Positions 27,900 to 39,899 of a DNA stretch of 64,000 nt are shown here, piece after piece. This DNA comes from Lama glama (Eukaryota). The DNA lies in NCBI GenBank assembly GCA_028534125.1, contig CM052816.1:55678001-55742000 (forward strand), written 5' to 3'. Positions within the stretch are counted from its first letter, which is position 1. The number at the start of each line of letters is the position of its first letter. The position numbers and the translations under genes were made by a program. Below the pieces are notes generated by a model. That model had not been told where the DNA came from. It saw only the letters and a program-made list of their open reading frames with translations, and did not search any database.

Positions 27900-28391
27900 T
27901 GTTGACAACAAATTAATGAGTTGATCTAAGAAAGAAATGGAAAATTGTATTGGAGCCAAATTGAGTATTACAACCTGGGAACAGCATCTTAGAAAGCTCA
28001 AAGAACTCTTATGCCCATTAGAAGTCAAAGCACAGTTATATAAGTTTTTTGAGACAGAGGGCTGTACATCAAATGTATGTACATCAAATGTACATCAGTC
28101 ATATTACTGACAGTTTACACAATTCAGTTCTGTAGGTACAAAGTGGTAGATCATTTGACTCCTTACAAGGTCAAGAAGGAAAGTTATGTTTTAAGGAGTT
28201 ATCTTGTTGATGCTAGGAGAATGTTGCTTTCTAGGGTTGAGCGGGTATTTCTGGCATTGCGAGAGGCTTGATTGATGCATATTGCAAATACACGGTACAC
28301 AGTAGAGAGGAAAGAGGATGCCAGAAGGCAGAGAAAATTTGTTTATGTTTAAATTTTTCTTGTCTTGCCATAAAATACATTTTATTTCACA
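27900..28391 (-). mobile_element. 3' LTR of the provirus (492 bp)
   Basis: tgttgacaacaaattaat...ttatttcaca. Shares long blocks with the 5' LTR, e.g. gtcaaagcacagttat-taagttttttgagacagagggctgt. Confidence 0.9.
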
Positions 28392-28392
28392 A

Positions 28393-28404
28393 TTTCCCTT
28401 TTTT
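28393..28404 (-). promoter_or_regulatory. Polypurine tract of the provirus
   Basis: Minus strand AAAAAAGGGAAA(T) abutting the TG of the 3' LTR. Confidence 0.75.
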
Positions 28405-28637
28405 GATCATTAATCTTTTGATTAAAAGCATTAGGTGATCAAATGTTTTTGGTCCCTCTATGCCAGAGTGGTTCTATGTTGTCCTATAGAACTTAAGCCG
28501 GTTTTCCTCACATGTGTGTTGTGTATGCCCATTATGTTATAGAGAACTACAGATGTGATCTATAGTTTCAAGTTGTGTAGACATTCATTATCTTAGTATG
28601 AGCAGGTGACACACTGCATGAAAGGCAAGAAATTATA

Positions 28638-28787
28638 TCACCATATAAGTTCACAAACTGTAATTAAAATTGCCAATTGGACCAGCAATGTCATTAGCAA
28701 AGATTTAAACCAAGATCCTCATGAATCAAACCATTTTCTTAGTATTTCCTCTAAACTGGGAAGAGGATCGTTCAGACTGGAAATATG
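28638..28787 (-). pseudogene. env TM remnant (Trp-rich membrane-proximal region and anchor)
   Basis: Minus-strand translation HISSLNDPLPSLEEILRKWFDS*GSWFKSLLMTLLVQLAILITVCELIW*, located just before the PPT. Confidence 0.55.
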
Positions 28788-29545
28788 ACTTCATGTGTCA
28801 TAAGATGAGTTAACAAATACCGTGGCTAAATAAGGTCACACCACTGGAAAACTGATACAAACCAACATGCTCATATTAGGGTTGAAATCACAGATTGACA
28901 AGGGCTGTTTCCAAGGCTAACCATTAGTGACCTTGGGTCCAAAGAAAAGCAGTTATGTATCTTCCTAACCAACCTAGGGAGAGCCAAGGTCATAAACTTG
29001 TTCCATAAATCTGTTGAGTCCTGTTAGGAGCTACCAAATATTCACATCTAGGGAAAGGACTATTTGTGGCCAGGTTCAGAACAGGCATCATTAACTGGCC
29101 ATGTAAGAGGGTCTCACTTAATGTTATTGGTGGTAACATTAGCTTGCATGGTGCTTGAATTTGTTTCTTTCACAATAAAATTTCTGAGGGCCATCTAGTT
29201 AGAGCCTTGGAGAGAATTCTACCAAGGCAACCTGGGAGTACTAGACATAGTACTAGACATATTTGGCCACAAACCCAGTACTTGGATTGATTTTTTTTTG
29301 AAACTTGGAAATGAATGAACCCCAAAAAAGAAATACATTTGGTTCATCAGCAAAAGTGTGAGCACAAAAATGAAAAAGAAAAGTATGAGCATTTGTCAAA
29401 GTAATCAATATTCTGGCTGGTTTAGCATCTTGGGTAAGCTTTCTACTTCCGATGTCATCATCTTCTCATCCTGGTCTGGTAGTGCCGGTCTTTGTTCAAG
29501 TGGAGTGTGAGAAACAGGGGTTGCAATTGATTCAGGAGAGAAGGC

Positions 29546-29629
29546 CTGATAAAGTCCCTTCCAGTGTGGCTGTAAAGAGTCCTTTATCTGATGTCTTTTC
29601 CAGTATGAGTAATCTGGTTGCAGATCATG
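29546..29629 (-). pseudogene. Integrase C-terminal GPY/F domain remnant
   Basis: HDLQPDYSYWKRHQIKDSLQPHWKGLYQ within supplied ORF 29405..29650, a degenerate LQPGDxVxWK...LQPRWKGPYQ. Confidence 0.75.
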
Positions 29630-32153
29630 GCACATCTGATGTTCATCCAAAGTTAGATTACTGTGATAAGCTTCAGAAACAAACTTAGAGTATCCTTTTA
29701 ATAACTAAACTTTACAATAGTATAACAACAAAGAACTATCTGGGAAGTGAGCCTTAGGCAGTAGTAAATACAAACCTCACTAGTGTTTAATACCCACTGA
29801 AACATAATCTTTTTCTCTATAATTACCCTGATTTCTACCAAATATAGCCAAATAAAGATTAATTTGTTTGGAAAGTGTCTGATAAATTGACCACATGGGC
29901 TCTTTACATTTGCTGTGCTGGAACTTTCATAAGAAATCTCAGATTGAACTTCTTTTAAAAAAAAAAACAAAAAACCTCTCAAGCCCTGGAAAGCCACACC
30001 AGGGGCATGTCACAGATTCCTCCTGTCATCTCTGTAGATTTGAGTGATAGATTTGGGTGAACTCCTCTCTTCTCAAGGTCCCCCAAATACCTTGAGATTC
30101 GTGTGCTTGTTAGGAGTGGCCTTCCTTATATACCTGAGAAAACTGCTAGGAACCTAAGAGTTTCCAAATTCTGAAGTAATTAAGTTGAAAGGAAACATAA
30201 ATGTTTTAATTCTACACACAAAGGTATAATTTAAAGGTTTCCATGTATCTGGAAAACATAGATTAAAAGCCAGTAATATTTCAGATAAAAAAACAAAAGT
30301 TATAACCATACTTATAAGTTCACTTACTCTTATGCAGATAATCCTTGATCTTAATCTTCTATTAACAATTTTATGAAGCTATCAGGTTTTCCATCAGAAT
30401 TCTTCAATTTCTTACCCTGTTTAGCAATATGATCTGAAAGTTATCAGAAACCTATACTTGTCAAAAAGTCCTTTCTGTGAATCTCATTGAAGATGAAGTA
30501 TTTTTGCAAAAACATCAGAGTAAAATAGTAATTATCCATAAATGACAAAAGACAGTAATTTAAAAGTCAAGGTTAAAGACCTGATTGCAATGCAATTGAC
30601 AAATAAACTTGGTTACTACTGTGACATACAACAATTTATGATAATTACTAGAATTATGACTGATACCATTTTACCAGGACATATGAGATATTTAGGAGTT
30701 CCATATAATTTCTAGAATATCTCTATTAGTAATATTTACCCATATGATACAATCTAAAAGTCTTATCACCACTCATTTGACAATGCTTCACATGTAATTT
30801 AACATACCAAACAAGTCTGATTGGTTAAATATTCCTCTCTGAGATGGAGAAAAAAAATATTTTGAGGTGTTCCAGGAACCCTTTGGGAAACCTTAAAGTT
30901 AACTAGAGATCAGATGAACTTTATTTAGAATTTGATCTTTGTAAAATAAAGTTTGTCAAAAATATCAAAAAAAAGTTTCAAAACACCTGGCAAATAGAAT
31001 CATAGGTCACTGTGAAACAATACCCATTCTTTTAACCAAAGTGACAGTAAAAGATCTCAAAAGTTGTAATAAATCACTTAAAGACAAAGAAATTCACACA
31101 GTCTGTTATCAGAAGCAGCTTGATACTTTAAGAATACTTTGTGTTCTTAGAAAACTAAATTCAGATTTTGTACCACTTTACCTTTAAAATTTATTTTGTT
31201 AATTAAATTCAGTCTTATCTGAGCCAGTCCTGACCACGTATAAAACTCTTTTCTCAGTGTTCCTTTTCCTCAGACCTTCTACAGCTTTCTGTATGCATAT
31301 TGTTTTGTCCTTTTTCTTTTCCAGCTCTAGGATAAAACTATCCCTTTTTTCACTTTGAAAAAAAAATGCATTTCCATTTCTGATACGTTCTTTCACTGAA
31401 AACAGGATTCTCATTTTCCTTGTTGAAATATTTCCTTATTATTTTGTAGCTTTAGTTACATATATTATAATTCTTAACCTTAAAACCTAGTTTCTAGTAA
31501 AAACTAAAAAGTAAGCAATTATGAACTGTCATTTTACATTACTGTGGATTGGCAGGCTTATAAATAACACTTATGGTTTCTAGGAAACATGCACTTTCTT
31601 ACAGAAAATGTCTTAGTGGGCATCAAACATATTAATGCTCCTAAATATCTTTAGTTTCACTAAGAAAAGAAGCCTATGTTCAATAATTAATGTCCCAGTA
31701 TCTTACCTGGAAATGATCTGAGTATTCAGTGGATTCCCATTATTTAAGTTAATTTAACACAACTATGAACTTTCAGCTTACAAAAATCTGGAAAGAGTAT
31801 TTTATATTTTAGATAGACAATCCCAAAACAGCTATATCTAAAGAGTTAAAAACGTTTGTCATATTGTTATTTTTTCTTGCTAACAAACTTTGTAACAGGA
31901 GTAATAATATTTTATTTGACTTCTGGTAAACCTAGGTACAATAAAAGTATTATACTTAATATTGATCACTCTAAAGGCATATCTGTATTAATTAAACCAA
32001 CAAGCTTAAACTAGTTTTAAAACCAGATAGTAATTCAATACCAAATATTTCCTAAATCACATAAACCTGAAATTCATTCTGGCCAGTTTCTTTTATATTT
32101 TTGAGTATTTATATAAGCACTTAATTTCCTTTAAGCCAATTAAGTGGAGCTCT

Positions 32154-32673
32154 TGTTACTGAAGAAAAAAGTTCAAGTGCTGGATGCACAGTGAAGCCAA
32201 ACAAACCAAAACATTGGAGTTTGGAGCAGAGAAAGGTTTATTGCAGGGCCAGGCAAGGAAAATGGGTGGCTTGTGCTCAGATTTTGTGGGGGAAAGTTTT
32301 TATAGGCAAAATCTGGGGTAGGGGCTGCAGGGTGTGTGACTTTCTTCTGATTGGTTGGTGAGGAGGTAACAGGGCGGAATCTTGTTCTGAGCCTGAAGTT
32401 ACTACCCTCCACCTGGATGAGGGCTCAAAGATAAATTATTATGTATACTCCTGGAGGAGGAACCAAGACCCTGCCCCAAGGCTGCACTGTTGTCTCTTGA
32501 CTGTTACTCCCTTGTCTCTGCATTCCCTCCCTTCCTTGATTAGCAACTGTTTGAATCTGCCCTTTGGAACTCAGAGAAGGTCAAGGATGCCTATTTCCAA
32601 TAAACAGGAAATGGGGGACACAGAGAGGATTTATACCAGGGGGGACCTCACATGCAGGTCCTGTTCTGTTTCT
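32154..32673 (-). mobile_element. Solo LTR nested in the provirus
   Basis: tgttactgaa...cctgttctgtttct (terminal CA mutated); TSD CTCT (32150-32153 / 32674-32677); TTTATT 32237-32242; same family as 38383-38928. Confidence 0.85.
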
Positions 32674-33437
32674 CTCTTGTACAAATTAATTTTGGCGGTA
32701 CCACACATCTACAACACACATACATAGATAACGAAGAAACACACAGACACAGAGACCCCATAGTTCCTATTTCAAAGTTTAAGGCAGGAATCAGGTGCAA
32801 CCATATAAAAAGCAGTTGGGACAAATCAGTCACCTGTCTAGATGTCTAAACCCTTTTTGCTAATATTTATGGAGAAGATTTCCAGTTTGTCTTTGACAAA
32901 TCAAATACCTAGTTAATCTGCCCTGTTTTTCTGAAATTTGCATTTTAAAAAGGTAACAGAGATAAGGGTTCCTGGAGAAGACCAAGTAGAACATTTGTAT
33001 CTTAAAGATATAGGAAGAGAAAGACAAGTTCCTCATAGAATAACTTTGTCCCCTTAAGGCCAGAAAAAGATTTTTTCTCATTACTTAAGCCTCTTAAGAT
33101 AAATAGGGGAAGTTTGGGGAGTGGTAAAGCGATTGGTAGGCTTTGGTTTGTTTCTGGAGCCACACTTCTGAATGGATAAAGACTAGATTTGAAAAATAAG
33201 GACACTATTTTTGTTTTTTGTTGTTGTTTCTTTTTTTCCTCAAAGAATTGGGTGGCCACCTCAATGATGTTGAAGGACTCACATACTCGTTCACCTACCT
33301 TGGACTGTTTTACTTTCCCTCATTTAGCTTAGGGGAGAAGGCACCTCTCCCCACCCCAAAAAAATCTACCAGGCCCCGAATATCAGCTATGGTCATTCTA
33401 GTCAGACTAGTGACCTCCTATCTTGGTAATCCATTTA

Positions 33438-33497
33438 TGAATACTTTTGAGGATTCTCCCTGGGTTTAAGAATTAACTTAACTGTGGTCCTCAGGCC
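33438..33497 (-). pseudogene. gag capsid N-terminal remnant
   Basis: GLRTTVKLILKPRENPQKYS (end of supplied ORF 33435..33749) resembles the ERV1 CA segment LRxIVKxFPxPxEDPxKF. Confidence 0.4.
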
Positions 33498-33632
33498 TTT
33501 GATCTGAAGAGAATTTCCTACAGTCTCACCTGGTCCCATGTCTAGAGGTAACTGTTTAAAGAGTGTCTTCTGAGAGGAAAGGCAGTTTAGACAAAAAATA
33601 ACTAGAATTGAGTACTGAAAGAAGGATGGAGG

Positions 33633-34263
33633 TGATGCAGGAAAAACGAATATGGGGCATGAGGAGGGCCAAGTCCCAGGCTTCCGTTGAGCCCCTGGGA
33701 CGTGCCCTGCCAAGTGTGGGTCCTTGGCCTTGCGCAGGAAAGAATTCAAGAGCGAGACACAGTTGAGTAAAGGTAGATTTATTTAGAGAGATACATCATC
33801 GAAAGGCAAGAGATAGTCCACGAAGTGTGGGGGTTGGGTGCTCACATTAGCGTAAAAGTAGGTACACATTCCATAAACAGAGTGCAGGCCTGTCTCTGAA
33901 AGGGGAGAGAGAAAGAGGCCCGTGTGGGGCAGTGTTGCCAGTTTTTATGGGCTTCGCAGCTTCATATGCTAATAAGTAGAAGGACCAGTCTGGCTAGCCT
34001 GGGAAAGGGGCTGGGATTCCCAGGAAATTGGCCATTTCCCACTCTTTAACCTTTTGTGGCTAGCCTTGGGACTGCCATGATGCCTGTGGGCATGTTATTC
34101 ATCATGCTAATATGTTACAGTGAGCATATAATGAAGCTTAAGGAAGTCAAATCTCCCACCATCTTGAGCCTCAGGGCCTACTGGGGGTTGAATCTTTAGC
34201 CATCCTGGTGTTAATTGTTGTGTTGTTCCTTGAATGGCTGTGCCTTGCTCCCTTCCTGTCTCA
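33633..34263 (-). mobile_element. Second solo LTR nested in the provirus (different family, GC-richer)
   Basis: tgatgcagga...cttcctgtctca; TTTATT 33778-33783; interrupts the gag remnant; TSD imperfect. Confidence 0.75.
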
Positions 34264-34591
34264 GGGAAGCAGTAATTAAAATTTTAGATACCTCTTAAAC
34301 CATTAATCTTTCATTAGCCTTCTACAACAAATCTTTCATTGAGGCCATTTTGAAATTTTGAAGCCTTTTGGGGCTTCTGTATACCGATTAAAATAGGTAC
34401 AGTAGTTTAAGATGAGAGCTCTCTAAATGTTAACAATTTGGTAGACTTTCAAATTCAAAGGATCCAAGAAGCTAGCTGTAGAAATATTTTTCCCTGCTAG
34501 TATAATTTCAGAAAAGAGAAAAAACTCTTACCACTGTTTCGAGTAGACTCTTAAGGCACAGATCCAGAAGATTGCCACTTTAACTGTGAGC

Positions 34592-34757
34592 AAAAATCAG
34601 TTTGGTTATGCCAAAAGTATCATATCTTGGCCACTTCAGGGACTGATTACCTTTAGTTCCCAATTAAGTACTTGCACGCATACATAAACCCAGATGGTAT
34701 TTCTGTAGGTGACTGTCCATCAGGAAGCTGTTTGCCCTTTGAGACACAATCTCCCAT
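34592..34757 (-). pseudogene. gag matrix remnant of the provirus
   Basis: Minus strand from ATG at 34757: MGDCVSKGKQLPDGQSPTEIPSGFMYACKYL, frameshift, TKGNQSLKWPRYDTFGITKLIF. Has an MGxxxS myristoylation start and the WPxxxTF motif of gamma-like matrix proteins. Confidence 0.65.
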
Positions 34758-35222
34758 GATTAATTTCATAGCCTAATTCAGATGTGCGGTATGAGATATG
34801 ATCTGAACAACTTTCTGAGGACAGTGTGGTGGATCGAATGTGTGCAGCTTCTGAGTCTGGCTCCCCAAGGAGTTACCCTTGGGCTGGTTGCCTCCTTTAC
34901 ATGGCTTGATTTCTCTCTGTGACAGCGTAAAACATCCTTGGGTGCTTGGGGCACTAGGTGATCAGCTCTGTCTTGCAACCTGGACAAGCAGTATTTACTT
35001 AATGGTTGTAGTGGGTCTCCCTTGTTCTTTAGAGCTGAATAATTCAGTCTTTCATTTCACTAGCAAAAGCTTTGTTCAGACCATATATCAACTCTTTTTT
35101 TATTTTTCCAGTTTCAGCTAAATTTAACAAACTCAGCTACCTTTATTTCCATGGGCCGCTTGCCCAGACCCTCTACATCCTGCCTAGGAAATGCACTGGT
35201 ATGCCTTAAGACTCTGAGTCTT

Positions 35223-35365
35223 GGGGGGATGGTATAGCTCAAGTGGTGGAGTGCATGCACAGGGTCCTGGGTTCAATCCCCAGTACCTCCTCTAACAATA
35301 AATAAATAAATAAACAAAGTAATTACCTCCTCATACCCCCCCCAAAAAAACTAAAGAAAATGAAA
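35223..35365 (+). mobile_element. tRNA-derived SINE (camelid-type) nested in the provirus leader
   Basis: ggtatagctcaagtggtggag...gtcctgggttcaatccccagtacc; 15-bp TSD aagactctgagtctt (35208-35222) / aagattctgaggctt (35366-35380). Confidence 0.88.
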
Positions 35366-35540
35366 AAGATTCTGAGGCTTAAGTGAAACAGCTCGAATTA
35401 AAATTTGGGGGATCATCACTCAAATGAGATCCAGATGTTAGGAGAACTCACTGGAACACCTGAGGAGTACTGAGAAGCTCAGTGGGCCCATGTTGATCCT
35501 GAACGCTGGTTCCTGGTACACTTCAGTGGGCATCTCTGAT

Positions 35541-35558
35541 ATCCTGCTGGCTGTGCTA
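35541..35558 (-). promoter_or_regulatory. Primer-binding site, tRNA-Ser-like
   Basis: Minus strand TAGCACAGCCAGCAGGAT, 4 nt inside the 5' LTR boundary. 13-14 of 18 positions match the complement of recalled tRNA-Ser 3' ends (TGGCGTAGTCGGCAGGAT / TGGCGCAGCGAGCAGGGT). Confidence 0.55.
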
Positions 35559-35562
35559 TGCA

Positions 35563-35994
35563 TGTCAATAAAAAATTAATCAGTCAGTATGAGAAAGAAA
35601 TGGAAAATTTTATTCGAGCCAAATTGAGGAAAACTGTTCTGCCCATTAGACGTCAAAGCACAGTTATGTAAGTTTTTTGAGACAGAGGGCTGTGTGTCAA
35701 ATGAAGTATTATTGACAGTTTACACAATCCAGTTCTGCAAATACCAAGTGGTGGGTCATGTGACCCCTTACAAGATCCAGAAGGAAGGTTATCTTTTTAT
35801 GTCTTGTTGATATGAGGAGAATGTTGCTCTTTTGGTTTGGGCAGGTATTTCTGCCTTTGGGGGAGGTTTGGTCAAGATAAATAATGCAGATATGCAGTAC
35901 ACAGTAGAGGGGAAAGAGGAGGCCATAGGGCAGAGAAATTCTATTTATTTGAATTTTTTTTGGTCTTGCCATAAAAAATGAATTCTATTTCACA
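35563..35994 (-). mobile_element. 5' LTR of the provirus (432 bp)
   Basis: tgtcaataaaaaattaat...ctatttcaca; minus-strand AATAAA at 35609-35614; homologous to 27900-28391. Confidence 0.9.
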
Positions 35995-36269
35995 TCCCTG
36001 TGGTATCAAGTTATACATTTCTTAAATAAACTAGGGTCTGTTTTTAAATTTTTTTTCCCTTTCTTTAGGAGTTTTAAACCATCTATGTTTGCTTGTATCC
36101 ATACTACATTTGCATGAATTTTAGACACTAATTCAAAATATGACTTTATTTTGGTTCTTGTCAGGCATTCATAATATTCTAGTTATTGAACAAATTTGTC
36201 TTTCATCTGTAGTCTCAAATAATTTTATCATTTTAAATCCATTCCTTAAGACTTAACTGTAATGTAAGA

Positions 36270-37390
36270 CACTGCTAGGCATGGGTAACATTGCAAGGAA
36301 TAAGGCAAACAAGAATCCTGCATGAGGGCCTTAGCGAGTGTGTAATGGGAACATAAAGTAGTTAACAGGCAGTTAGAACAAGGTATGTTATAAAACATTT
36401 AACACTGGGAGGATGTTGAGTCAGTGGTGGCTTCCATATGAAGTAACAGATGAGCTAAAACCTTAAGTAGGCTGAGTATATGTTAACCGGGTGAACAGCC
36501 TAGAAAGTGTTTGCTTGTAGGGACTGTGAAGAAAAACATTTGGAGACCAGAAGCAAAAGAGCATTTAGCTACAGGGGAAAGTAAAGAAAGCACTTATCTG
36601 TGGAGAGTGGAGCTGATCAAGAGCAGGGAGTGGCCTGACTGGCCAGAAAGGTCTGCAGGAACCAGTATCCTCAGGCATCGGGGTTTTAAGTATGTGAAGT
36701 TTTCAGATTTACTATTTAGAAAAATCATTCTTACTTCCTGCAGTGAGCAGAGAGGATTGCAGTTGACAGTTGTGACGGGGGCTTGGAGACTTTTCCATTA
36801 ATACAGGTGAGAATTGAATTGAAGATAGTCTAAATTAGGATAGAGCAGTAGGAAGAGACATGGACAAATCATATATTTGCAAAGTAGAATTGAAGCGTGT
36901 GGTGATTGAGTGAGAGAAAAAGGAGGAATTCAGAAACAGGCCCAGGTTTCTGCCTTAGATAGGTTGGCATGGAGGTGAGGGAAGAACAGGTTTTAGACAC
37001 ATTGCATATGAGTTGATACATTAACCCAATGATTACATATTATATATTATTAGATATAAAGATCTAACACTTAGGAGGAAGATAGACAGGCTGTGAATTT
37101 GGGAATCATCAAATGATGACTGAAGTCATAGAAATGAGTAGTGGTGCTGTGAGGAAAGCCAGTATGGAACCCAAGACGCACTCATGGTTAAGGGATAAGC
37201 AGAGGGGGAGGAGCCTGCACGGAAGCCCAAGAAGAGTGCTCACTTGGAGCGGAAGTGGGAAATTAGGTTGTCCTCGGGGGAGGAAGGCTCCAAACAGACA
37301 GTAACCTAACAAAGGCTGCTAACAGGGCAGATAAGTTAAAAACTGTGAAGTGTCCCATAGATTTAGCAATAAATAGCTCTTTTCTTTGGT
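36270..37390 (+). mobile_element. Ancient L2 fragments
   Basis: Purine-rich decayed L2-like blocks (tttagaaaaatcattct, cccaggtttctgcc, tgtcccatagatttagcaat); boundaries approximate. Confidence 0.5.
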
Positions 37391-37832
37391 AAGCATGGTG
37401 AGATAAAGGGATTGGTTTGTTTTTTAATAAAGGAAAATTTATTCCAATTACTTTAGTTCTTTCTCAGATTTGCCATCAAAGGAAAAATGTACCTGTCTTA
37501 TTTTCCCATTTCATTTGTCAAAGTAAAAATTTGTAATACTGTAGCTCCCAGTTGGGAGACTGCTGAGGCTCTGACATGATTGAATGAGCATTACAATTTT
37601 TAAAAGTGTAGATGTGGTTATGATCAATAGAATTTAAAAATCATTAGAAAATACGCTTGAGTTCAGAGTAGATTTTGGATATTTTCAATTTTTCTGCTGT
37701 CAACAGAGACGAGCGTGATACTGCTGTCCTTTGAGTGTCTGAAATGTTTTGACGAAGGGAGTCCTGGGGAGAGATGCCTCAAAACTGGTGTTTCTATTCT
37801 TTTTCATGATCCAGCTAGTCATTAGATGGTTG

Positions 37833-38361
37833 TGTCAGGGAGGAATAAATTTTTCTCTACCCTTCTAAGTTCTGGCTGGTCTAAGAATTAAATTGACAGA
37901 TTAAGAGGAGAAAATCAAAGTTTAATAACATGTGTATATGGGAGAAATCCAGGAAAACTGAGGAACTCATCAAAATAGGTGAAACCCTCACCTTAAATAT
38001 CATCTTCAGCTAAAGACAAAAGATGTTGAAGTAGTGGTTTGGAACTTAAAAGGGGGGAAAAGGCAATTCACATGAAGATGGAAAAGCAGATGTTTGATGG
38101 GCTATGCAGAAACAGTGGACGCTGTAGACGCTGGTCTCTAGGCCCTGCTGCGTGTCCCCAATAGTACCTATCCCATATTCTTTGTAGGTATCTCTGGTGG
38201 TAGCTCTATTCCAGGATTCCCTCTATCTAAATTTTTTCAGTCAGTTAAGAGGGAGAGATCAAAGTTTCTTGCTGAGTCTTCTGGGCCTTGATTGTTTTTT
38301 AGTTCAAAGTAATCTGTGTGCCAAAGAGACACTTTGGCGTAGTACGTTTTGCTCCCGTGCA
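37833..38361 (-). mobile_element. Solo LTR, ERV1-like
   Basis: tgtcagggaggaataaat...gctcccgtgca; flanks GTTG/GTTA (3/4 TSD); minus-strand ATTAAA at 37921-37926. Confidence 0.8.
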
Positions 38362-38382
38362 GTTAGATTCATTTAATGGAAA

Positions 38383-38928
38383 TGTTACCTAACAAAAGTT
38401 CCTTTGCCCGCCACACAGTGTGGCCAAACAAACCAAAACATCGGAGTTTGGAGATGAGAAAGGTTTATTGCAAGGCCAAGTAAGGAGAATGGGTGGCTTG
38501 TATCCCAGATACCCCAAACTCCTGTATGGTTCTCAGGGAGAAGTTTTTATAGGCAAAATTTGGTGTGAGGGCTGCAGAGTGTGACGTTATTCTGATAGGC
38601 TGGTGGTGAGGTAACAGGGTGGGGTTCCAGGAATTTTGTGCTAACCCTGAAGTTGCCATCCTCTACCTGGGTAGGAGCCTTTGAGTTCCTAAGAACTCAG
38701 ATACATTGTTATGTGTATTCCTTGAGGAGGAACTAGAACTCTGTCTTAAACTGCACTATTATTTTTTGAGTGCTCCTCATTTCTGCTTTCCTTCCCTTCC
38801 TTAGTTGAATCCGCTTTTTGGAACTCAGAGGTCTAGGAGGCTGAAGCCTTTATCCTGCAAATAAGAAACAGAGGACATCAAAAGGCTTTTGTGCCCAAGA
38901 GGTCCCTACAAAGTCTTGCTCGGGTTCA
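38383..38928 (-). mobile_element. Solo LTR, same family as 32154-32673
   Basis: tgttaccta...gctcgggttca; shared gccaaacaaaccaaaacat-ggagtttggag and gaaaggtttattgca; flanks GAAA/GTAA. Confidence 0.85.
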
Positions 38929-39126
38929 GTAATTCATTGAGTTGTACACTCTTCTGTACGTGTTGTAGTTAAAAGTTGGGGAGTTTTTTGAAGTGGGTTT
39001 TGAAGGATCTTCATAACTCTACAAGAACTACTGCATTAAATCAAGATTTCTGATATGCCTGTGCCAAATGAAGGGAACGTTACAGCACAGTTCCTCCCGC
39101 TCTTGTGTGGCCCCAGGTTGTGACAG

Positions 39127-39711
39127 TGTTGCCGAAGTATCGGCTCAGGTCCCTGATGAGCCAAATAACCCAGAGACAAGGTCTTGGAGCTTAGAAGAAA
39201 AGAGGTCAGTTTTATTGCTTTGCCCGGGCAAAGGGGACTCAGAGCAGGCTAGTGCCTTTAAAATTGAACCCACGTTGGGGATGGGGTGGGGTGATTATAT
39301 AGCCACAGCTCAAACAGTAAAGCATTGATAACAATCAACAGAATCATTTTCTCATCAAAAGACTTAAAATGGCATCATGATGCCTCCAGGCGACCAAGTC
39401 TACAGAGGCTAGAGGTTAGATCTCTATGTTGTAAGCACTCAAGGTGTGGTCTTCTTGGTAATTCAGGCTATTTTGTAAGGTTACAGCCCTGTGACCTTCT
39501 CCTTGGAGAAGGGCTCAGAGACCAAGCATGATTATTACTTTTAATTACTGGAATAAAGTAGAAACAGTAAGATCAATAGCTTTAGTTTTAACAATGGGCC
39601 TGGAACTGTGAGTAGCAACCAGTCAGTCAGGTCAGTTGATGGTTTTAAGGGCAAGCATAAGAATAAGCAATCTGTTAGCCTAAGTGCGGCCATTTTATTA
39701 ATCCTCCTTCA
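39127..39711 (-). mobile_element. Solo LTR, ERV1-like
   Basis: tgttgccgaa...cctccttca; perfect TSD ACAG (39123-39126 / 39712-39715); TTTATT 39211-39216. Confidence 0.85.
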
Positions 39712-39899
39712 ACAGGAGAGGGGTGATGTTGCTAGCTGCTTTTTAATGGAGTAGTGATAAGCTGGTATTTTCAGTCTAACTGGAAATATTCCAGACAGAC
39801 CACAATTGTTCACGTGTCTTATTCTGTATATTTAAAAATTTAGGGAAGCTTAAAACCAAGCCTGCCATTTCAGCCTTTGGTTTTACCAAAATATGAAGC

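Larger units (their letters stand above)
27900..35994 (-). mobile_element. ERV1-class (MER4-group-like) endogenous provirus with two LTRs, decayed, antisense to CERT1
   Basis: Related TG...CA LTRs at both ends; 4-bp TSD TCCC (27896-27899 / 35995-35998). PBS, gag, IN, env and PPT remnants occur in proviral order on the minus strand. Confidence 0.9.

Noticed and set aside
28400..29400. Intact or co-opted env (syncytin-like) gene
   Set aside because: Only a short TM remnant with internal stops is visible; there is no long ORF.
32154..38928. Second provirus bounded by the two same-family LTRs
   Set aside because: Each LTR has its own target duplication, no PBS or PPT adjoins them, and the interval contains the older provirus 5' end and ancient L2.
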